DNA from: Patescibacteria group bacterium
GTDB lineage: Bacteria > Patescibacteriota > Patescibacteriia > Patescibacteriales > UBA12465
DNA: 27,360 nucleotides
Assembly (NCBI GenBank): GCA_036171815.1
Contig: JAVHRV010000128.1
Location: 1 to 27,360, forward strand
Direction: 5' to 3'
A model generated the notes under the pieces. That model did not search any database. It was not told where the DNA came from and was given only the letters and a program-made list of their open reading frames with translations. Each line of letters begins with the position of its first letter. The stretch's first letter is position 1. A program made the position numbers and the translations under genes. Below are positions 24,832 to 27,360 of this stretch, in pieces.

Positions 24832-27360
24832 ATGAGTGATTTCGACTCTATCTCTAAGCTAATTAACCCGACCGATGATGAAGAGAGCATCACCGGTCGT
24901 TTTGCTAAAAAGCAAGATGAGATAAAATTAAAAGAAATTGAAAAACAAACTAAAAAAGAGGCTGATGATTCCGGTTTAGATTACGTTAATTTAGCCGGTT
25001 TTCCTATCAGCCCCGAGGCGCTCTCCCTGATTAGTGAAGAGCGCGCCCGAGAATTAGCTGCTGTCTGTTTTTATTATGATGGCAAAAATATCCGTTTAGC
25101 CTGTCTAGAGCCGACCGAACAAGTCGAAAACGAGCTAATCGATTTAAAAGAACGTTATTTCGCAGAAATCAGATTATATCTAATATCAAAGTCGAGTCTA
25201 GACCTAGCTTGGCTGGCCTATAAATCTCTGCCGAAAACAAAAAAATATGAACAGGGATTAGAAATAAACGAAGCCAGCTTAGAAAAATTTAAAGAAGCAA
25301 TTACTAGCTATCATAATTTAAAAGAAAAAATAAATGACGTAAATATTAGTGACATTATCACTCTAATAATGGCGACCGTTATTAAAGTCGGCGGCAGCGA
25401 TATCCATATTGAAGCCGAAGAGGCCGATGTCGCTATTAGAATTCGAATTGATGGCGTTTTACAACAAGCCGCCACGATTAGTAAAGATAAATGGTCAAAA
25501 ATAGTCGCTCGCTTAAAAATACTAGCTAAGGTAAAAATAAATATCACTAACAAACCACAGGATGGCCGTTTTTCTATTTATTTAACCAATAAAAATATTG
25601 ATGTCCGCTGCTCCTTCTTACCGACGGCTTATGGAGAAAGCGTCGTGATGAGAATTCTAGATTCGGCCGCAGCCGGTTTAGAATTTGACGAGCTTGGTAT
25701 TCGCCCGGAGATACTACCGATTCTAAAACGAGAAATCTCTAAACCTAACGGCCTTATTTTAACGACCGGGCCAACGGGATCGGGAAAAACTACCAGCTTA
25801 TACGCTATTTTAGATAAGCTTAACCAACCCGGCACAAAAATAATTACCTTAGAGGATCCAATTGAGTATCAAATTAAAGGAATTAATCAGAGCCAAGTTG
25901 ATAACAAACGCGGCTACACTTTCTCTGATGGACTACGATCTATACTCCGCCAAGATCCTAATGTCGTGATGGTCGGAGAAATCCGAGATTTAGAAACCGC
26001 TGAAATAGCTGTCCAGGCCTCCTTAACCGGCCATCTTGTCTTATCAACTTTACATACCAACGACGCGGCTGGCGTTATCCCCCGCTTAATCGACATGGGC
26101 GTTAAACCTTATTTTTTAGTTCCCTCAGTTAATGCGGTCATCGGCCAACGATTAATTAGGCGCCTATGCCCCCATTGCCGAAAAGAAAAAATCTTGACTC
26201 CGGAAGAAACAGAACAAGTTAATAAAATATTAGCGGTAATTTCCCCGAAGGCCGGAGTGGCTGTCCCAGCTGATTTGCCTAAAATATATCAAGCGGGAGC
26301 GGGTTGCGAATTCTGTAGTGAAATTGGTTATAAAGGACGCTGCGGCATCTACGAAATTTTTACCATGAACGATAAAATAAAACAGTTAACTGTCGACAAC
26401 GCTCCCTCCTTTAAAATTCTTCAACAAGCCGTAGAGGATGGGATGATTACTATGCTCCAAGACGGCGTTCTCAAGGCTCTGGAGGGAATCAGCTCTTTAG
26501 AAGAAGTCTATCGAGTAATTGGAAACTTCGATTATATTAATGAACTATACGATATAGTGATTTCTCAAACAATTGGCCGAGGCATAAAAATAAAACCAGC
26601 CGAAATTAAATTAGCCGCTGAACTGAGCCGTGATATCACTAAAATAGCTGAAACAATTAAAGAAATACCAACTGGTAATCTAGTTAGCTTAGTCATGGCC
26701 TTAGCCGTATCGTCTGACGCGGGGGATCTGCATATTGAACCGACAGAAAATGACGTTAAAATTCGTTTTCGAATTGATGGCGTTCTGCATGATATTTTAA
26801 ATCTCCCTAAAACTAGCTACTTACCCTTACTATCGGAAATCAAAATTCTGGCGGGCGAACCGACTAATATTAAACGGGCGACCTTCGATGGACGATTTAG
26901 TATTTACTTCGCGGAACGCAAAATAGATTGTCGTCTTTCTATAATCGCTGGCGGTTACGGAGAAACTATTGTTATCCGCCTACTTTCTTCTTCGGCCGCC
27001 AATCTAGATATGGCGAATCTCGGTATAACTTCCGTCGCCTTCGACGCCCTACAATTAGCCATGAAAAAAACCCGCGGAATTATTATCACAACCGGTCCAA
27101 CCGGGTCGGGAAAAACCACTACTTTATACAGTATTTTAAATAAGCTAAATCGACCTGATGTTAAGATAATTACTGTCGAAGATCCTATTGAATATCAACT
27201 ACCCGGTATTATGCAAACCCAAATTGACGAAGAACGCGGCTATACTTTTCCAGCAGCCATGCGCTCTTTACTGCGACAAAATCCTAACATCATGATGATT
27301 GGCGAAATCCGCGACTCCGAAACAGCTAAAGTCGCTATCGAGGCTACGCTGACCGGCCAC
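24832..27360 (+). CDS. Type IV pilus/T2SS assembly ATPase (PilB/GspE family) with two tandem ATPase modules; runs off the right edge; not in the ORF track
   Basis: Manual translation: 843 codons without a stop from ATG 24832. N-terminal GspE-N-like domain, then module 1 (SDIHIE, RIDGVL, PQDGRF, GPTGSGKTT 25768-25794, TLEDPIE, RQDPNVVMVGEIRD, TGHLVLSTLHTND, CPHC..CEFC), then module 2 (GDLHIE, RIDGVL, GPTGSGKTT 27094-27120, TVEDPIE, RQNPNIMMIGEIRD, TGH at the edge). Confidence 0.95.
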   Translation, partial: MSDFDSISKLINPTDDEESITGRFAKKQDEIKLKEIEKQTKKEADDSGLDYVNLAGFPISPEALSLISEERARELAAVCFYYDGKNIRLACLEPTEQVENELIDLKERYFAEIRLYLISKSSLDLAWLAYKSLPKTKKYEQGLEINEASLEKFKEAITSYHNLKEKINDVNISDIITLIMATVIKVGGSDIHIEAEEADVAIRIRIDGVLQQAATISKDKWSKIVARLKILAKVKINITNKPQDGRFSIYLTNKNIDVRCSFLPTAYGESVVMRILDSAAAGLEFDELGIRPEILPILKREISKPNGLILTTGPTGSGKTTSLYAILDKLNQPGTKIITLEDPIEYQIKGINQSQVDNKRGYTFSDGLRSILRQDPNVVMVGEIRDLETAEIAVQASLTGHLVLSTLHTNDAAGVIPRLIDMGVKPYFLVPSVNAVIGQRLIRRLCPHCRKEKILTPEETEQVNKILAVISPKAGVAVPADLPKIYQAGAGCEFCSEIGYKGRCGIYEIFTMNDKIKQLTVDNAPSFKILQQAVEDGMITMLQDGVLKALEGISSLEEVYRVIGNFDYINELYDIVISQTIGRGIKIKPAEIKLAAELSRDITKIAETIKEIPTGNLVSLVMALAVSSDAGDLHIEPTENDVKIRFRIDGVLHDILNLPKTSYLPLLSEIKILAGEPTNIKRATFDGRFSIYFAERKIDCRLSIIAGGYGETIVIRLLSSSAANLDMANLGITSVAFDALQLAMKKTRGIIITTGPTGSGKTTTLYSILNKLNRPDVKIITVEDPIEYQLPGIMQTQIDEERGYTFPAAMRSLLRQNPNIMMIGEIRDSETAKVAIEATLTGH

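Noticed and set aside
1797-27143. Short track ORFs at 1797, 11763, 12485, 13485, 13929, 14183, 18586, 20024, 25311, 25629, 25914 and 26928
   Set aside because: All are antisense to, or out of frame within, well-supported genes (ruvB, rmuC, mscL, gyrA, comEC-like, glyQS, tandem PilB) and show no recognisable motifs.
25255-27360. Tandem PilB as an assembly artefact (collapsed or duplicated repeat)
   Set aside because: The two modules differ extensively in DNA and protein sequence while keeping the frame, which fits an old duplication. Read mapping is still advisable.

Overview
AT-rich bacterial chromosomal window of mostly housekeeping genes with very short intergenic spacers. Almost no gene has a Shine-Dalgarno site. 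Gene content and style suggest a Patescibacteria/CPR (Parcubacteria-like) genome; this is inference, not a database match. Genetic code 11 (TGA is used as stop). Minus-strand run, left to right: queA (partial, missing from the ORF track), a PQ-loop-like membrane protein, ruvB, a UvrD helicase fused to an Fe-S PD-(D/E)XK nuclease, a CapA-family metallophosphatase and an M16 peptidase. Then radC and a 93-aa gene on the plus strand. Minus strand again: O-antigen-ligase-like protein, a frameshifted nucleotidyltransferase-like gene, rmuC, mscL, a possible kinase-like hypothetical, gyrA, a Cys-motif membrane protein, ndk, two metallo-beta-lactamase-fold genes (one ComEC-C-terminal-like), an unannotated 43-aa Lys-rich histone-H1-like gene with its own promoter, SD and terminator, then glyQS, argS and tyrS. 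The window ends with a plus-strand membrane protein and an ORF absent from the track (24832 to >27360) that encodes two complete PilB/GspE ATPase modules fused in tandem with an exact 442-codon period. That tandem pilus motor is the most striking item. No rRNA, tRNA, CRISPR array, integrase or transposase was recognised.
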